From the IMG/VR virus record IMGVR_UViG_3300032245_000762, positions 4,111-68,110 of that record: a DNA stretch of 64,000 bases. The stretch is one strand, 5' to 3'. Positions 36,091 to 47,609 of the stretch are shown here, in pieces (the first letter of the stretch is position 1; each line of letters begins with the position of its first letter). The position numbers and the translations under genes are program-made. The DNA is from a virus. The notes below the pieces were generated by a model. That model was not told the origin of the DNA. It did no database searches and saw nothing but the letters and a program-made list of their open reading frames with translations.

Positions 36091-39000
36091 ATGGCTGATG
36101 AACAAATTGTAACTAATATAGTTGCAAAATCGGATTTTTCAAATCTTATTACAGATCTTAATAAGGTATCATCAGCCTTAACCGTTTTACAAGATAAATT
36201 AATTGCTTCAAATAAGATGCTTGCAGCTCAAGTATCAGTAATGAATAGATCATTTGCAGAAACATTAAGAAGCACTGGTCAATTTTCAACACACTTTGTT
36301 AGCCTTTCTTCTGATGTTGATAAATTTGGATCACAACTTGATAAAGGTCAATTAAAACTTAATCAATTTTTTAAAACATATAGTAATCACATTAAATCTA
36401 ATGGTGGTTTAATTAGAGATTTAGCAAGACAGCAAGTTCAAATGCAAAATGCCGTTCTTCAACCACTTGGAAGAAATGCCGAAGGTTTAATGCAATATAA
36501 TGTGCACATTCCAAGAGGTTTAGATTTAGTTAAAAATAAAACAGCAATAGCCAAGCAAGAACTTATGATTATGAATAAAGTTATTCAAGAAGGTGCTGGA
36601 CAATTAATTAATTGGGGAAAAAATACACAATGGGCGGGTCGTCAATTAACAGTCGGATTAACACTTCCATTAGCTGCATTTGGAAAAGCATCATCAGATG
36701 CATTTAAACAAGCAGATGAGCAATTAGTTCGTTTAACAAAAGTTTATGGTGGTGTAGCTGCTACATCATCACAAGAATTAGGTAAAGTTCGTGCAGATGT
36801 TGCTAAAACTGCAGCAGAATTATCTAAATCATATGGATCTTCTTTTACTGATACTATTGCTTTAGCTGCAGATATTGCAGCAACTGGAAAAACTGGAAAT
36901 GAATTATTAGGATCAATTAAAGAAACAACACGACTTGCAGTATTGGGTGAAGTTGATAGGCAAGATGCAATGAAAGCCACCCTTGCAATTCAAACAGCAT
37001 TTAAACAAAATACAGAAGAACTTGGTAAATCAATTAACTTTTTAAACGCAGTTGAAAACCAAACATCTACAACTTTAAATGATTTAGTTGAAGCAATTCC
37101 AAAAGCTGGTCCAATTATTAAAGGACTTGGTGGAAACGTTCAAGATTTAGCATTATATCTTACTGCAATGCGTGAAGGTGGAATTAGTGCAGCAGAAGGT
37201 GCAAATGCATTAAAATCAGGACTTGCATCACTTATTAATCCAACTAAAGTTGCAACAAGCATGTTTGCAGGATTTGGAATTAATCTTAAATCAATTGTAG
37301 AAACAAATGCTGGTAATACAACAGCAACAATATTAGAACTTCAAGCAGCATTAGATAAATTAGACCCATTACAAAAACAAAGAGCGTTAGAACAATTATT
37401 TGGTAAATTTCAATTTGCTAGAATGAATGCTTTATTTGAAAATTTAGGTCGTCAAGGAAGTCAAACACTTCAAGTTATGGACTTAATGAAAGCAAGTTCT
37501 CAAGATTTAGCTAATATTGCTGGTCGAGAATTATCACAAGTAACTGAATCAGCTTCTGGTAAATATAAAAGAGCTATAGAAGGACTTAAAGCAGATTTAG
37601 CTGGAATTGGTGATCAATTCCTTAAAATTAATACTACATTAATAAATGTAGTTGATAAAGTTATTAAATTTGCTCAAGGACTTCCTGGACCAGTTAAAAC
37701 AGTATTAAGTTTTGTTGGAATGTTAACAGCAGCAGCAGGTCCATTAATTATGTTAACTGGTGTTCTAGGCAACTTTTTTGGTTATATAATTAAAGGTGTT
37801 TCTAACATGAGAGCATTCTTTAAAGGTGGAGAAGGCTGGAAATTATTAACTCCAGAAATTTTAGCGGCAGATAAAGCTGGAAATTTAATTGAAAAAACAT
37901 TTTATAGTGATGCTAAAGCAGCAGCAATATTAAAACAAGCAATTGCTGGATTAACGGCAGAATTTTCAAGACTTGAGGCAACAGCAAATGAAGCATCAAT
38001 TGCAGTAAATCCTACAGTTGCTACAACTGCTGGATCAACAATAATTGCTGGCGCCGCAACAAGAGTTACTAATCCGAATCATCCTCTTGTAGGAGAAGTA
38101 GGAACAAGAGCGGCAGCTCATCATAATCCAAGATCTGGAATGTCAGAACGTGAAAGATTAAATCAAACTATTCATGCATTTACTCCAGCACCAATTCCAT
38201 TAAATCAAAAAATTGGAGCAACTCCACAAATATTTTCAGAGGGAGATCTTCCTAAAATTGCAGGATTAACTGCAGCAGGAGGAGCATCAACAGGCATTGT
38301 AGCAGGAGAAGCAGCTAAATGGCATGCATTAATGGGAACTTTATCTATGATGACAAAGCAAGAAGTTGCAGATTTAAAGAAAGAAATTGCTAGAACTGGA
38401 ACATTTAGCGCAGAAATAAATAGCACATTTGGTCAATTACTTCCAGCAATGACAACATTAACAAGCAATGCAGCATCACAATCTGCTGCAATTGTTGCAG
38501 AGCTACAAGCAGGTAAATTAACTGTAGATGCAGCAAAAGCAAAAATTATTGCATTAAATGCTGAATTAGAAATTGCAATGGGTAATGCCACAACTCAATT
38601 AGCAACTAGTTTAGGAAGAACTGTAAATCTTACACAAGTTCCTTTAATTGATCAACCTATAGTTAGCAAATCTGGAAAATCAAATATAAAAGAATTATTT
38701 AGAAAAAACAGACCAGCTACTGGAATATTAAATAAAATTGCTAACGCCCTTGGAGTTAAAACTTGGGGTGGAGGATATTCAACTGAAACAACTATTCCAA
38801 AAAGATTTAACACAGGTAATATAGTTCCAGGAAATGGTAATACAGATACTGTTCCAGCAATGCTCACACCAGGAGAATTTGTTGTTAATAAAAAATCTAC
38901 TGCAGCAAATCTTCCACTTCTTCATGCAATTAATAATGGTGAGGGATCTAATGGACCTAATTATAATATAGGTGGACAAATAAAATTAGAAAGAAGTCAC

Positions 39001-42000
39001 GTAGCAGAAGGATCTGCAGCAGATTTAAATAAAGTTAGATCAAAAAAAGGCTATGGGAATACTGTTAGTGTAAGTAAGGGCATACCTATTTGGATGACAC
39101 AAGCTGCTAATCAAGCAACTCGTTCTGTTGGAAAAGGTATGACTGGACCGCAATTAGCTAAAGAGTTTCGAAAAGCAATAGCTGCAGGACATCACCCATT
39201 TGAACCATGGATGACTGCATCAGATGATTTAGGCGGAGATCCAAAAAACAAAATTCAATTAAATAAAGTTTTTAGTGAAATGATTAACAAACTTGAAAAA
39301 GATAATAGATTATTTGGTGGCAAAAATGGAGAAATGACATTTGAAAAATGGTTTCAAAAAGAAGTTATATCTTCTAAATTATTTAGTTCAATAAAAATTG
39401 GATCTAGATCTTTTAAATCAATATTTAATTCAGTTCTTCAGCCAATGGGGCCAAGAGATGGGAAACCATTTGCAGCATTAGAAACATTAGTTAATGACAG
39501 AGCAGGCCTTAATACAATTGAAAAATCTAAATTATCTGGACTTGCAAAAGGATTGCTAGGAACATTTAGTGGAAAATCTTATAATAGTAGCAGGCAAGCC
39601 CTTGCCAAACTTATGGCAAAAGCATTTCTTAAAAGAAATTCTGGAGGAATGATTCCAGGATATAATTTAGGTGGAGTTGTTGGAAATGTATTAAAAGGAA
39701 CAGCATTTAGAAATGTAGGTGCTAAATTTGGAAAAATTGGCAACACCTGGGGCGCTACATCTATGTCACTTGGAATGGGTAAAAAATTATTTGGTAGTTC
39801 TGGTTTAACCCCCAAAGCACAAAATTTAATGTATGGAAAACTTATAGAAAATCTTGAAAAAGAAATGCCATATGGATATGTAAAAGATGCACAAGGAAAT
39901 TTAAAAAATGCATTAGAGCCAAATATTGTTGATGGATTACTTAAATTTTCAGCAGGACAAGTTCTTAACTCTGGCGGAAAAAGTTTAAGTAAAATTGATA
40001 GAGAAATATTAAAAACTAAATTTGCAAATTGGGATTCAAAAACATGGACTCCAGCTACATCTAAAGTAACAAAACAGATGTTTGGCATGAATAAAGGTGG
40101 ACTAGTTCCAGGCTATTCAACTGGAGGCTTAGCAACAAAATATGGTGCACTTAGATCTACAATAAGAGGATCTAAAACAATAAGATCTCCAAAATTAGAT
40201 GAATCTGGAAATCCTATGCCAATTGATACAAATTCTGGAATGGCATCTTCAATGGCAGGAGTTGGATTAATGATGGGTGGATCAATGGTTCCAGGTGTAG
40301 CTGGACAAGGAATGCAAATTGCTGGAATGGCAATGCAAATGTCTCCACTTTTACCAATATTAACAAAAATAACAAAAGGTATGGGATCATTTTCTGGAAT
40401 TCTTCTTAAAGTTAGAACTGTAGCAACAGCAACATTTACTGCTTTAAGAATAGGACTTTCCGCAATTTTAGGCCCAGTAGGACTTGTTTCAATCGCAATA
40501 GGTGCAACTATTGCAGTGTTTTTAAAATTAAAAAAAGAAGCTACCGAAGCTGGTAAAGCAAATCGATTAGCATTTGGCGGAACAACTAGTTCATTTGCAT
40601 CTGTAGGAATTAATAATTATAAATCATTAACCGATAGATTAAAAGAAGTTAATCAGCAAATGGAATTAAATAAAGCAAAAGCGCAATCTCTTTATGATCA
40701 ATATACTAAGGGAGGCCCAACGGGAATTACTCTTACCATTAAAGAATTAAATGATGCTATTTCAAACGCAAAAAAGAATCAAAAAGAATATGTTGAAGGA
40801 TTTAATAATATTAAATCAGATAGAGTTGTTAAATATGCAGCAGACTTAAAAGCTCAATTTATTTCTTTAGGAATGTCTGCTAAAGATGCCTCCAATCAAA
40901 TATATGCAATTATTAAAGCATCTGATAAATCTGGTCAAGCACTTCAAGCAGTTTCTTCTGCAGATTTTACAAAATTGCAAGATCAAGTAACAGCAATTTC
41001 ATATTTATTTGATAATTTATCTAAATCTACTGGAAAGACTTTTAATGCAGAAGAATTTACAAGGGGGCTTGATACATTAACAAATTCTATATTATCTTAC
41101 AGAGACTCTTTACTTGCAGCAACTGATAAAAAAACTGGACAAAATATTAATGATGAAGCAACTGCATTAAAATTAACTATGGATCAAATTATTAAAATTA
41201 AATCTTCAAATACACAACTTGATAAAGAACAAATAACTGCAATAAAACAACAGAACTTAGCCTATAATGGATTATTAACTAGTGCTGAAACACTACAAAG
41301 TGTTACTGCAAAAATATTAATGTATACATCAGGATTAGGTCAAATTGTAGATTTTAGTAAAATGTCTGCACAAGCAGCAGTTGATATGGCAAATAATTAT
41401 TCAATAGTTGAATCTGGAATGAAATCTATTTTTGAAAATACATCTGCTGGTAAAGCAATGGCTGCAGCCATAAAAGCTGGCCAAAATGCTTCTGCTACTT
41501 TAGCCGCTAATATTAAAAAAGCACAAAATATGGATGAAAATTATTATGATAATAAAATAAAATTAATTGATAAAGCTATTAAAAAAATTCAAGAAGAAGC
41601 AGATGCTAGAATTAAAGCTTTACAAAAACAAGCTGGAATTGAAAACACTGCTTTAAATATTCAGAAAAAACAACTTGAATATCAAGATAAATTAGCTTCT
41701 GGAGACATGGCTGGTGCCGCACAAGCTCAAATTGATTTACAATTATTATTAAAAGAAAAACAAGCAAATGATGCAATTGCAGCTATTGAAGAAAAAAGAA
41801 ATGCAGATATTGATGCAAAAAATAAAGAAAAAGAAAAAATTCAAGCAGATAAAGATGCTTTTGCTAAAGGCCTTCAAATTTCTCAAACTAAATCTGCTGA
41901 AACTGTTGCCAATGTAGCACAACTACAATCTTTTGAATCTAGAATAACATCTTTTATGACTCAAATTGGTGCAGCTAAAGATACCAAAACTAAAGATGAT

Positions 42001-42882
42001 TTAACAAAACAATTGGGTGCGCTATTAGATGAAATAAGAACGTCTGGCAATAAAGAAGCTGTAAAATTTTATCAGTCACTTGCATCTCAATTTGGAATTG
42101 GAGATTCCAGATATAGTGATACAAAGAGTCCGTTAAATATAGCTAAAAATTATGCAAGCTCATTTGCACAAGATGCATCTAAATTTGCTAGCAATCCAGA
42201 AAATATTACATTTAAAACAGCAGTAGAAAAATTTGCTGCAGCAGTTAATAAATTTTCTAATAATGAACCAATTGATAAATTTAGAATGGCAAAAGATGGA
42301 GAATATAATAAAAAGTTTGGAAATTATGATACTTCTTATATGACATTTATTGGTCCTAGTGGAGATAAACAAACTAAATTAATAACTTCAAAACAATATA
42401 AAAGCATATTTGATGCAATGACTAGAAATGGTTATAACTTTTTAGGATACTCAAAAACAAATAATGATGGTGCAGCTATTGGTGCAGAAGATATGGGCGA
42501 CAAAGGATTTAAAGTTAAAAAAGCAACTGGAGGATATATTTCTGGTCCAGGAACAATGACATCAGATTCTATTCCAGCCATGCTTTCAAATGGAGAATAT
42601 GTAATTAATGCAGCTTCTGTTAAAGCAATAGGAACTCCAACTTTAGATAAAATTAATAAAATGGCAACAGGTGGGTTTGTTTCATACAATGTGCCAAAAG
42701 CAAATTCTTATCCAATGGGATATAATAAAGGAGGCATGGTTCAGCACTATAATGTTGGTGGACTTGTAATTAATACTCAACCAGGCCAAAATGAAATGGA
42801 AATTGCAAGAATGGCAGTTAGCCTAATGGATGCTCGTAATAGAGTTTCATCAATATCACAAGGAAGGAATATCAACGCATGA
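36091..42882 (+). CDS. tape measure protein (TP901-like core)
   Basis: 2263 aa, Ala/Gly/Leu-rich helical; INWGKNTQWAGRQL, LNAVENQT and EGANALKS; C-terminal GPGT.TSDSIPAMLSNGEYV motif. Confidence 0.92.
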   Translation: MADEQIVTNIVAKSDFSNLITDLNKVSSALTVLQDKLIASNKMLAAQVSVMNRSFAETLRSTGQFSTHFVSLSSDVDKFGSQLDKGQLKLNQFFKTYSNHIKSNGGLIRDLARQQVQMQNAVLQPLGRNAEGLMQYNVHIPRGLDLVKNKTAIAKQELMIMNKVIQEGAGQLINWGKNTQWAGRQLTVGLTLPLAAFGKASSDAFKQADEQLVRLTKVYGGVAATSSQELGKVRADVAKTAAELSKSYGSSFTDTIALAADIAATGKTGNELLGSIKETTRLAVLGEVDRQDAMKATLAIQTAFKQNTEELGKSINFLNAVENQTSTTLNDLVEAIPKAGPIIKGLGGNVQDLALYLTAMREGGISAAEGANALKSGLASLINPTKVATSMFAGFGINLKSIVETNAGNTTATILELQAALDKLDPLQKQRALEQLFGKFQFARMNALFENLGRQGSQTLQVMDLMKASSQDLANIAGRELSQVTESASGKYKRAIEGLKADLAGIGDQFLKINTTLINVVDKVIKFAQGLPGPVKTVLSFVGMLTAAAGPLIMLTGVLGNFFGYIIKGVSNMRAFFKGGEGWKLLTPEILAADKAGNLIEKTFYSDAKAAAILKQAIAGLTAEFSRLEATANEASIAVNPTVATTAGSTIIAGAATRVTNPNHPLVGEVGTRAAAHHNPRSGMSERERLNQTIHAFTPAPIPLNQKIGATPQIFSEGDLPKIAGLTAAGGASTGIVAGEAAKWHALMGTLSMMTKQEVADLKKEIARTGTFSAEINSTFGQLLPAMTTLTSNAASQSAAIVAELQAGKLTVDAAKAKIIALNAELEIAMGNATTQLATSLGRTVNLTQVPLIDQPIVSKSGKSNIKELFRKNRPATGILNKIANALGVKTWGGGYSTETTIPKRFNTGNIVPGNGNTDTVPAMLTPGEFVVNKKSTAANLPLLHAINNGEGSNGPNYNIGGQIKLERSHVAEGSAADLNKVRSKKGYGNTVSVSKGIPIWMTQAANQATRSVGKGMTGPQLAKEFRKAIAAGHHPFEPWMTASDDLGGDPKNKIQLNKVFSEMINKLEKDNRLFGGKNGEMTFEKWFQKEVISSKLFSSIKIGSRSFKSIFNSVLQPMGPRDGKPFAALETLVNDRAGLNTIEKSKLSGLAKGLLGTFSGKSYNSSRQALAKLMAKAFLKRNSGGMIPGYNLGGVVGNVLKGTAFRNVGAKFGKIGNTWGATSMSLGMGKKLFGSSGLTPKAQNLMYGKLIENLEKEMPYGYVKDAQGNLKNALEPNIVDGLLKFSAGQVLNSGGKSLSKIDREILKTKFANWDSKTWTPATSKVTKQMFGMNKGGLVPGYSTGGLATKYGALRSTIRGSKTIRSPKLDESGNPMPIDTNSGMASSMAGVGLMMGGSMVPGVAGQGMQIAGMAMQMSPLLPILTKITKGMGSFSGILLKVRTVATATFTALRIGLSAILGPVGLVSIAIGATIAVFLKLKKEATEAGKANRLAFGGTTSSFASVGINNYKSLTDRLKEVNQQMELNKAKAQSLYDQYTKGGPTGITLTIKELNDAISNAKKNQKEYVEGFNNIKSDRVVKYAADLKAQFISLGMSAKDASNQIYAIIKASDKSGQALQAVSSADFTKLQDQVTAISYLFDNLSKSTGKTFNAEEFTRGLDTLTNSILSYRDSLLAATDKKTGQNINDEATALKLTMDQIIKIKSSNTQLDKEQITAIKQQNLAYNGLLTSAETLQSVTAKILMYTSGLGQIVDFSKMSAQAAVDMANNYSIVESGMKSIFENTSAGKAMAAAIKAGQNASATLAANIKKAQNMDENYYDNKIKLIDKAIKKIQEEADARIKALQKQAGIENTALNIQKKQLEYQDKLASGDMAGAAQAQIDLQLLLKEKQANDAIAAIEEKRNADIDAKNKEKEKIQADKDAFAKGLQISQTKSAETVANVAQLQSFESRITSFMTQIGAAKDTKTKDDLTKQLGALLDEIRTSGNKEAVKFYQSLASQFGIGDSRYSDTKSPLNIAKNYASSFAQDASKFASNPENITFKTAVEKFAAAVNKFSNNEPIDKFRMAKDGEYNKKFGNYDTSYMTFIGPSGDKQTKLITSKQYKSIFDAMTRNGYNFLGYSKTNNDGAAIGAEDMGDKGFKVKKATGGYISGPGTMTSDSIPAMLSNGEYVINAASVKAIGTPTLDKINKMATGGFVSYNVPKANSYPMGYNKGGMVQHYNVGGLVINTQPGQNEMEIARMAVSLMDARNRVSSISQGRNINA

Positions 42883-43352
42883 CAACAGTAGCTATGCCTA
42901 GAGGTTCTATCCTTCAAATTTATGCAACTGATTTAGTAGCTAATGGCGGAAGCGGAACGGCTAAATACAATAAAGTTACAGAACATAATAGATCTCAATT
43001 TACTGTTAATACAGAAAGAATTGAAACTCAAAAAAGAATGTCAAATGGAACATTAAGAAAATATTTTGTTGCAGATAAAAAAACATTTGACATATCTTGG
43101 GACATGCTACCCTCATATCGGACATTAACTGTTGATGGGCAATGGGGAGCTCAAGATTTAAAATCTTTTTATGAAAGCACTGAAGGCAGAAATTCTTTTA
43201 CTATTAGAATTAATTATGCAAAAACAGGATCTAATCAAGAATCTTCTGGGTATGAAGAGCACACGGTAGTTTTTGGAAGTTGTAATTTTACAGTATTAAA
43301 AAGAGGTCTCCAGCCATTTTGGAACGTGTCTATATCTCTGATTGAGGTTTAA
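42879..43352 (+). CDS. distal tail/minor tail protein
   Basis: First gene after the tape measure; RMSNGTLRKYFVADK motif. Confidence 0.65.
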   Translation: MTTVAMPRGSILQIYATDLVANGGSGTAKYNKVTEHNRSQFTVNTERIETQKRMSNGTLRKYFVADKKTFDISWDMLPSYRTLTVDGQWGAQDLKSFYESTEGRNSFTIRINYAKTGSNQESSGYEEHTVVFGSCNFTVLKRGLQPFWNVSISLIEV

Positions 43353-46300
43353 ATGATATCCTCTTCTCAAGAACTTAAAGATGTTTTTTATAAAAATACT
43401 ACAGTAGAAATTGATTCTGGTTGTGTTATTGAATACAACATGAACATGATGCTAGATAACATTTCTGCTGTAAATAATATTTCAGATGCAACCTATGTTT
43501 CTAATATTACAAATTCAACATCTGGACTTGCTTCATGGCCAGCAACTAGACCTAACCCATACAAAAAACTATTTCCAGTAGATTCAATAATAAAGCCATT
43601 TAGACCAATAAATCCTGGAATCAAATATTATATAACAAATACAACAGATACTCCAAAAGATAGTTTTTCTTCATATAGAACAATTCTATATCCATCCACT
43701 CAGCCAAGAGTTTATTATCCTGGCGTAGAAACATATTATAAATACTGGGTCACTCCAGAAAATACTGGTGCTGACATTACAATTAATTATGTAACATCTG
43801 GCACACAATATGCATTAACAAATAAAGTAATATTGAGTTTTGAAAAAAATCATAGCCTCCCATCTACATTTACAATTAAAATTGTAAATTCTCAAAATAC
43901 AGAATTAACTATTGCAAATGCACTAAACGTTCCTTCTGATGGAAAAGTATCTTTATATTACAACGGCACCTCTTGGTCTACCACAGAGCCTTCTATTTAT
44001 GCTGATCCAATATCCATTAAATCTATAAATTTAACAACTCCATCGGCTGGCACTAATAAAATTATTGGTGTTATAGAATTGTCAGCAAGATGGATTAAAG
44101 ATATATCTTCAGACGTGGAATCTTTTGAAATAAATAAAACGGCTTCATCTACATCAGAAGATATTTTACCAGTAGGAAAAGTAACTTCTAATACTTTATC
44201 CTTGCAACTAAATAAATTTAATGAAAATACTATTCAATATGTTTCATATAACAGAACATCTACATTAAATAGTTCTTTAAATTATATAACTAAAAATGCT
44301 CAAGTTACTCCTTATTTTAAAATATATCATTCTAATGGAGCATTAACAGAATCAAATAAAAAATACGACAGGATAAATCAAGGAATTTTTTATGTAGATA
44401 GCTGGGATATTTCTTCATATGGAGAAGTATCACTAATAGCATTAGACTCAGCAAAATATTTAATGGAAACTATTTCTCCAGATATTTTATGCGAATCTTA
44501 TCCAATAACTGCTATATTAAGAAGGCTATTGGATTCAGTAGGATACACTAATTATAATTTTAATTTAACATCAGGAACAGATAAATCAATTCCATACGTA
44601 ACTTATTTTTGGACGGATGGCACAAAAACTGTTTGGGAATATATACAAGAAATATGTAGAGACATTCAAATGAATGCAATAGTTGATGAAAATAATATTT
44701 TGCAATTTTACAGTAGAGAATATATGTATAACAATACTAATAAATTATGGAATTTTTATGAATCTGAAGAAAACTCAATATTGCCAAACATTATAGATTT
44801 TTCTCAAAAAGAAATTGCTTCAGCAAATCAAGTAAAAATTTTATGGTCGGTTCCAGTTTCTTCATCTTTAATTGGAGCATCATCTCCTTTATGGCAATCT
44901 CAACCAAATTATTTAATTGCAGGCGGACTTTCAGAATCACTTACAACTTCAAGTAGTAAAGTTTTATTAGATTTAAAAACATTAGATGCTTATAGCAAAT
45001 TTCAATCTGGATTTAATTTTAATGGATATTTTTTAATTGACTCTGAAATAGTAGAATTTGATGCAATAGGATATCAGTATATGCCAAAAGATACCAGCAT
45101 ATCACCTATTTATGATGTTATAAAAGAATCAAACGTAACTAATGATGGTAAAACATTTATTAATGTTTGGATTGAAGATGGCTCTGATGTTAATAAATAT
45201 AGAAACTTTTCTAAAAATGGAACTACAGAAGATAATAAAGACATATACTTTAAACCAAATGGTTGGTATAGAATTAAAACAAGAGGCGCATTAGGCACAA
45301 CTGCTGCGGCTCATAATAAAACAGGATCTCAATCTTCAGAATATGCATGGATGACTCCACAAAATAATCAAATGGCATATTTAATGGGAGTTCAATTTAG
45401 TGTTCCAAATGTTATGCAAACAGCAAAATCTTATATGACTTTATCTTGCCCACCATCACAATTTGCACAAAAAATTAATTCTATTGCATATAGATCTTTT
45501 CCAGCAATAAAAGTTCCAACAGTAAAAACTCCTAATGCAAATACTGGCAATTCTTATAATACTGAATATTTTTCAATAGGAACAAGTATTGTAATGGACA
45601 ATACAATTGACAATCCGTTACAAATTGGAGGCGTAGGATTTTTTATAAATAGTAATGGATCAGAAGGATACTACATTGCTATAGAATCAACACAGTCAGC
45701 TGTAACTTTAGATAGAAAAACAATCAGATTGCTTAAAATAAAAGATGGAAAAACTAAATCGTTACAAGAAATAGGAACTTCAACCGAGACGTCTTTGGCT
45801 GGAATATATGGTGGTAGAACATATAATATAGATGTAAAGGTTAAAATTTCTAATAAAACTGTAAACATTACTGCTTATATTAATGGATATAAATTAAGCT
45901 TTAGTGATACAACAACTGGATCGGTAAGCGCTGGAACTTTAGATGCTATTATTGAACCATCAGATAAAGTAGGGTTGTTGTGTGCTAGAGGTAGCGTGGC
46001 TTTTGACTATGCTTATGGATATAAACTAGAAGATTTTCAGTATAACGATTCTACTTTAAAATTAAATATATACCAGGGACAATTTAATAATGATTTAATT
46101 AACACAGCATTTGGAGATTTAATATATAATGGAAATTATAGCTCAGATGAAATTTTATCAACAAACAGGAGAAACATTTGTGTTGATGAATTTGGAACTG
46201 TTGTAAGAGAAATTTATAAAGCTGACATTAAATATGACACTAGGCCATCTTATCCTATTAAATGGAGTTTAGGCGGGAATAATTTAGCCAGCATTATTGG

Positions 46301-46733
46301 AGAAAAATATTCAAACTTTGGAGCTCAAATATATGTTCTTAATAATGCATCAGCTACAATTCCTCTTTCTAATGGTTTAGAAGCAAGCATGTATATTTAC
46401 GGAAATACTTTAGGAAATTCTGGTCAGTTAGAGTATGTATCAAATGAATTAAATGAGTTTGTTACAAAAGAACCAATTATATTTCAGTCTTTGTGGCTAC
46501 AAAACGAATCAGATGTAAAAAAACTAGCAGACTGGATAAAAGAAAAAGTTGTTAATAAAGGCAAAATGGTTAACGCTTTAGTATTTGGAAATCCATTACT
46601 TTCAGTAGGAGATATCGTTTCTTTTAAATATACATTTCAGGGGCTTGCGGGAACTGAAAACTTTATTATAACGGATATTAAGCACACATATAACCAAGGA
46701 TTGGATACTACCATAACCTGTAGAACTTTATAG
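43353..46733 (+). CDS. minor tail (hub/Tal-like) protein
   Basis: 1126 aa; GIFYVDSW, ALDSAKYL and C-terminal FGNPLLSVGDIV typical of tail-tip hub proteins. Confidence 0.7.
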   Translation: MISSSQELKDVFYKNTTVEIDSGCVIEYNMNMMLDNISAVNNISDATYVSNITNSTSGLASWPATRPNPYKKLFPVDSIIKPFRPINPGIKYYITNTTDTPKDSFSSYRTILYPSTQPRVYYPGVETYYKYWVTPENTGADITINYVTSGTQYALTNKVILSFEKNHSLPSTFTIKIVNSQNTELTIANALNVPSDGKVSLYYNGTSWSTTEPSIYADPISIKSINLTTPSAGTNKIIGVIELSARWIKDISSDVESFEINKTASSTSEDILPVGKVTSNTLSLQLNKFNENTIQYVSYNRTSTLNSSLNYITKNAQVTPYFKIYHSNGALTESNKKYDRINQGIFYVDSWDISSYGEVSLIALDSAKYLMETISPDILCESYPITAILRRLLDSVGYTNYNFNLTSGTDKSIPYVTYFWTDGTKTVWEYIQEICRDIQMNAIVDENNILQFYSREYMYNNTNKLWNFYESEENSILPNIIDFSQKEIASANQVKILWSVPVSSSLIGASSPLWQSQPNYLIAGGLSESLTTSSSKVLLDLKTLDAYSKFQSGFNFNGYFLIDSEIVEFDAIGYQYMPKDTSISPIYDVIKESNVTNDGKTFINVWIEDGSDVNKYRNFSKNGTTEDNKDIYFKPNGWYRIKTRGALGTTAAAHNKTGSQSSEYAWMTPQNNQMAYLMGVQFSVPNVMQTAKSYMTLSCPPSQFAQKINSIAYRSFPAIKVPTVKTPNANTGNSYNTEYFSIGTSIVMDNTIDNPLQIGGVGFFINSNGSEGYYIAIESTQSAVTLDRKTIRLLKIKDGKTKSLQEIGTSTETSLAGIYGGRTYNIDVKVKISNKTVNITAYINGYKLSFSDTTTGSVSAGTLDAIIEPSDKVGLLCARGSVAFDYAYGYKLEDFQYNDSTLKLNIYQGQFNNDLINTAFGDLIYNGNYSSDEILSTNRRNICVDEFGTVVREIYKADIKYDTRPSYPIKWSLGGNNLASIIGEKYSNFGAQIYVLNNASATIPLSNGLEASMYIYGNTLGNSGQLEYVSNELNEFVTKEPIIFQSLWLQNESDVKKLADWIKEKVVNKGKMVNALVFGNPLLSVGDIVSFKYTFQGLAGTENFIITDIKHTYNQGLDTTITCRTL

Positions 46734-46740
46734 GATAAAA

Positions 46741-46749
46741 TGGTATAAT
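46741..46749 (+). promoter_or_regulatory. extended -10 leaderless promoter
   Basis: TGGTATAAT, with ATG 46756 six nt downstream. Confidence 0.55.
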
Positions 46750-46755
46750 AAAAAT

Positions 46756-47601
46756 ATGGTAAAAGATTTTATGAGAACTGATCAAAAAGATATTACTAGA
46801 GGTAAAACCCTAGTAGTTCCTGAAGGACATGAAGATACAGTTCATTTACATCCAAATGATTATTTAACTGTAAAAAGTGGTCAAATTGACTATAGTAGAT
46901 ATACAGCATCTAGTCTTTCTGGTGGATCAATTATTGGTGCCGCAATAAATTCAGGTGGAGACTTAACTGATTTAGTAGATCAAATAATAACTCCATTAGC
47001 AGATGTTCCAACTGGAACCGATATAGAAAGTATAAATTATGAACAATATTTTGATCCAATAACTAAAATACAAAAATATCGTGCCATAATAAAAATGAGA
47101 AATGGTTCATCAAATCCAACAAATGTTGCTGGCGTTGATGCAAGAATTTATAATTTAGATACCACTATTCAAAGAGCAAATTCTACATTAACATATAATC
47201 CATTAACTGGATCTCCATCGGCATCAAAAACTACAAATGGAAATGCTTTTATAGCACCAACTCCGTCAACTCCACAAGTTGTATTTAAAAGAGATGGAAC
47301 TGATATGGCATGGGGATGGAATAATATTACTGGACTCGGTTCTTATTCAACAGTTTATTATGATTGGATTATTAGTTCTACAAATAATTTAAGTGCTGAA
47401 GCTTTATATAATTCATCATTACCGTATTCATCAGGCAAGGCTTGGACCATTGGATCTAGTGGAATACTTAAAGAATATAGAGTTAGCACAAGAGATAATG
47501 ATTTAGAAAATACATCATCTTCAAGATGGTTAAGAGTTAGGGCAAGAGTATTAGCAACAGATGGTAATACATATTATTCTAGTTACTCTTCACCAATTTA
47601 A
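46756..47601 (+). CDS. minor tail protein, probable C-terminal FN3-like domain
   Basis: Tail module position; W...Y...LRVRA..YSSYS pattern. Confidence 0.5.
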   Translation: MVKDFMRTDQKDITRGKTLVVPEGHEDTVHLHPNDYLTVKSGQIDYSRYTASSLSGGSIIGAAINSGGDLTDLVDQIITPLADVPTGTDIESINYEQYFDPITKIQKYRAIIKMRNGSSNPTNVAGVDARIYNLDTTIQRANSTLTYNPLTGSPSASKTTNGNAFIAPTPSTPQVVFKRDGTDMAWGWNNITGLGSYSTVYYDWIISSTNNLSAEALYNSSLPYSSGKAWTIGSSGILKEYRVSTRDNDLENTSSSRWLRVRARVLATDGNTYYSSYSSPI

Positions 47602-47609
47602 GGAGAATT

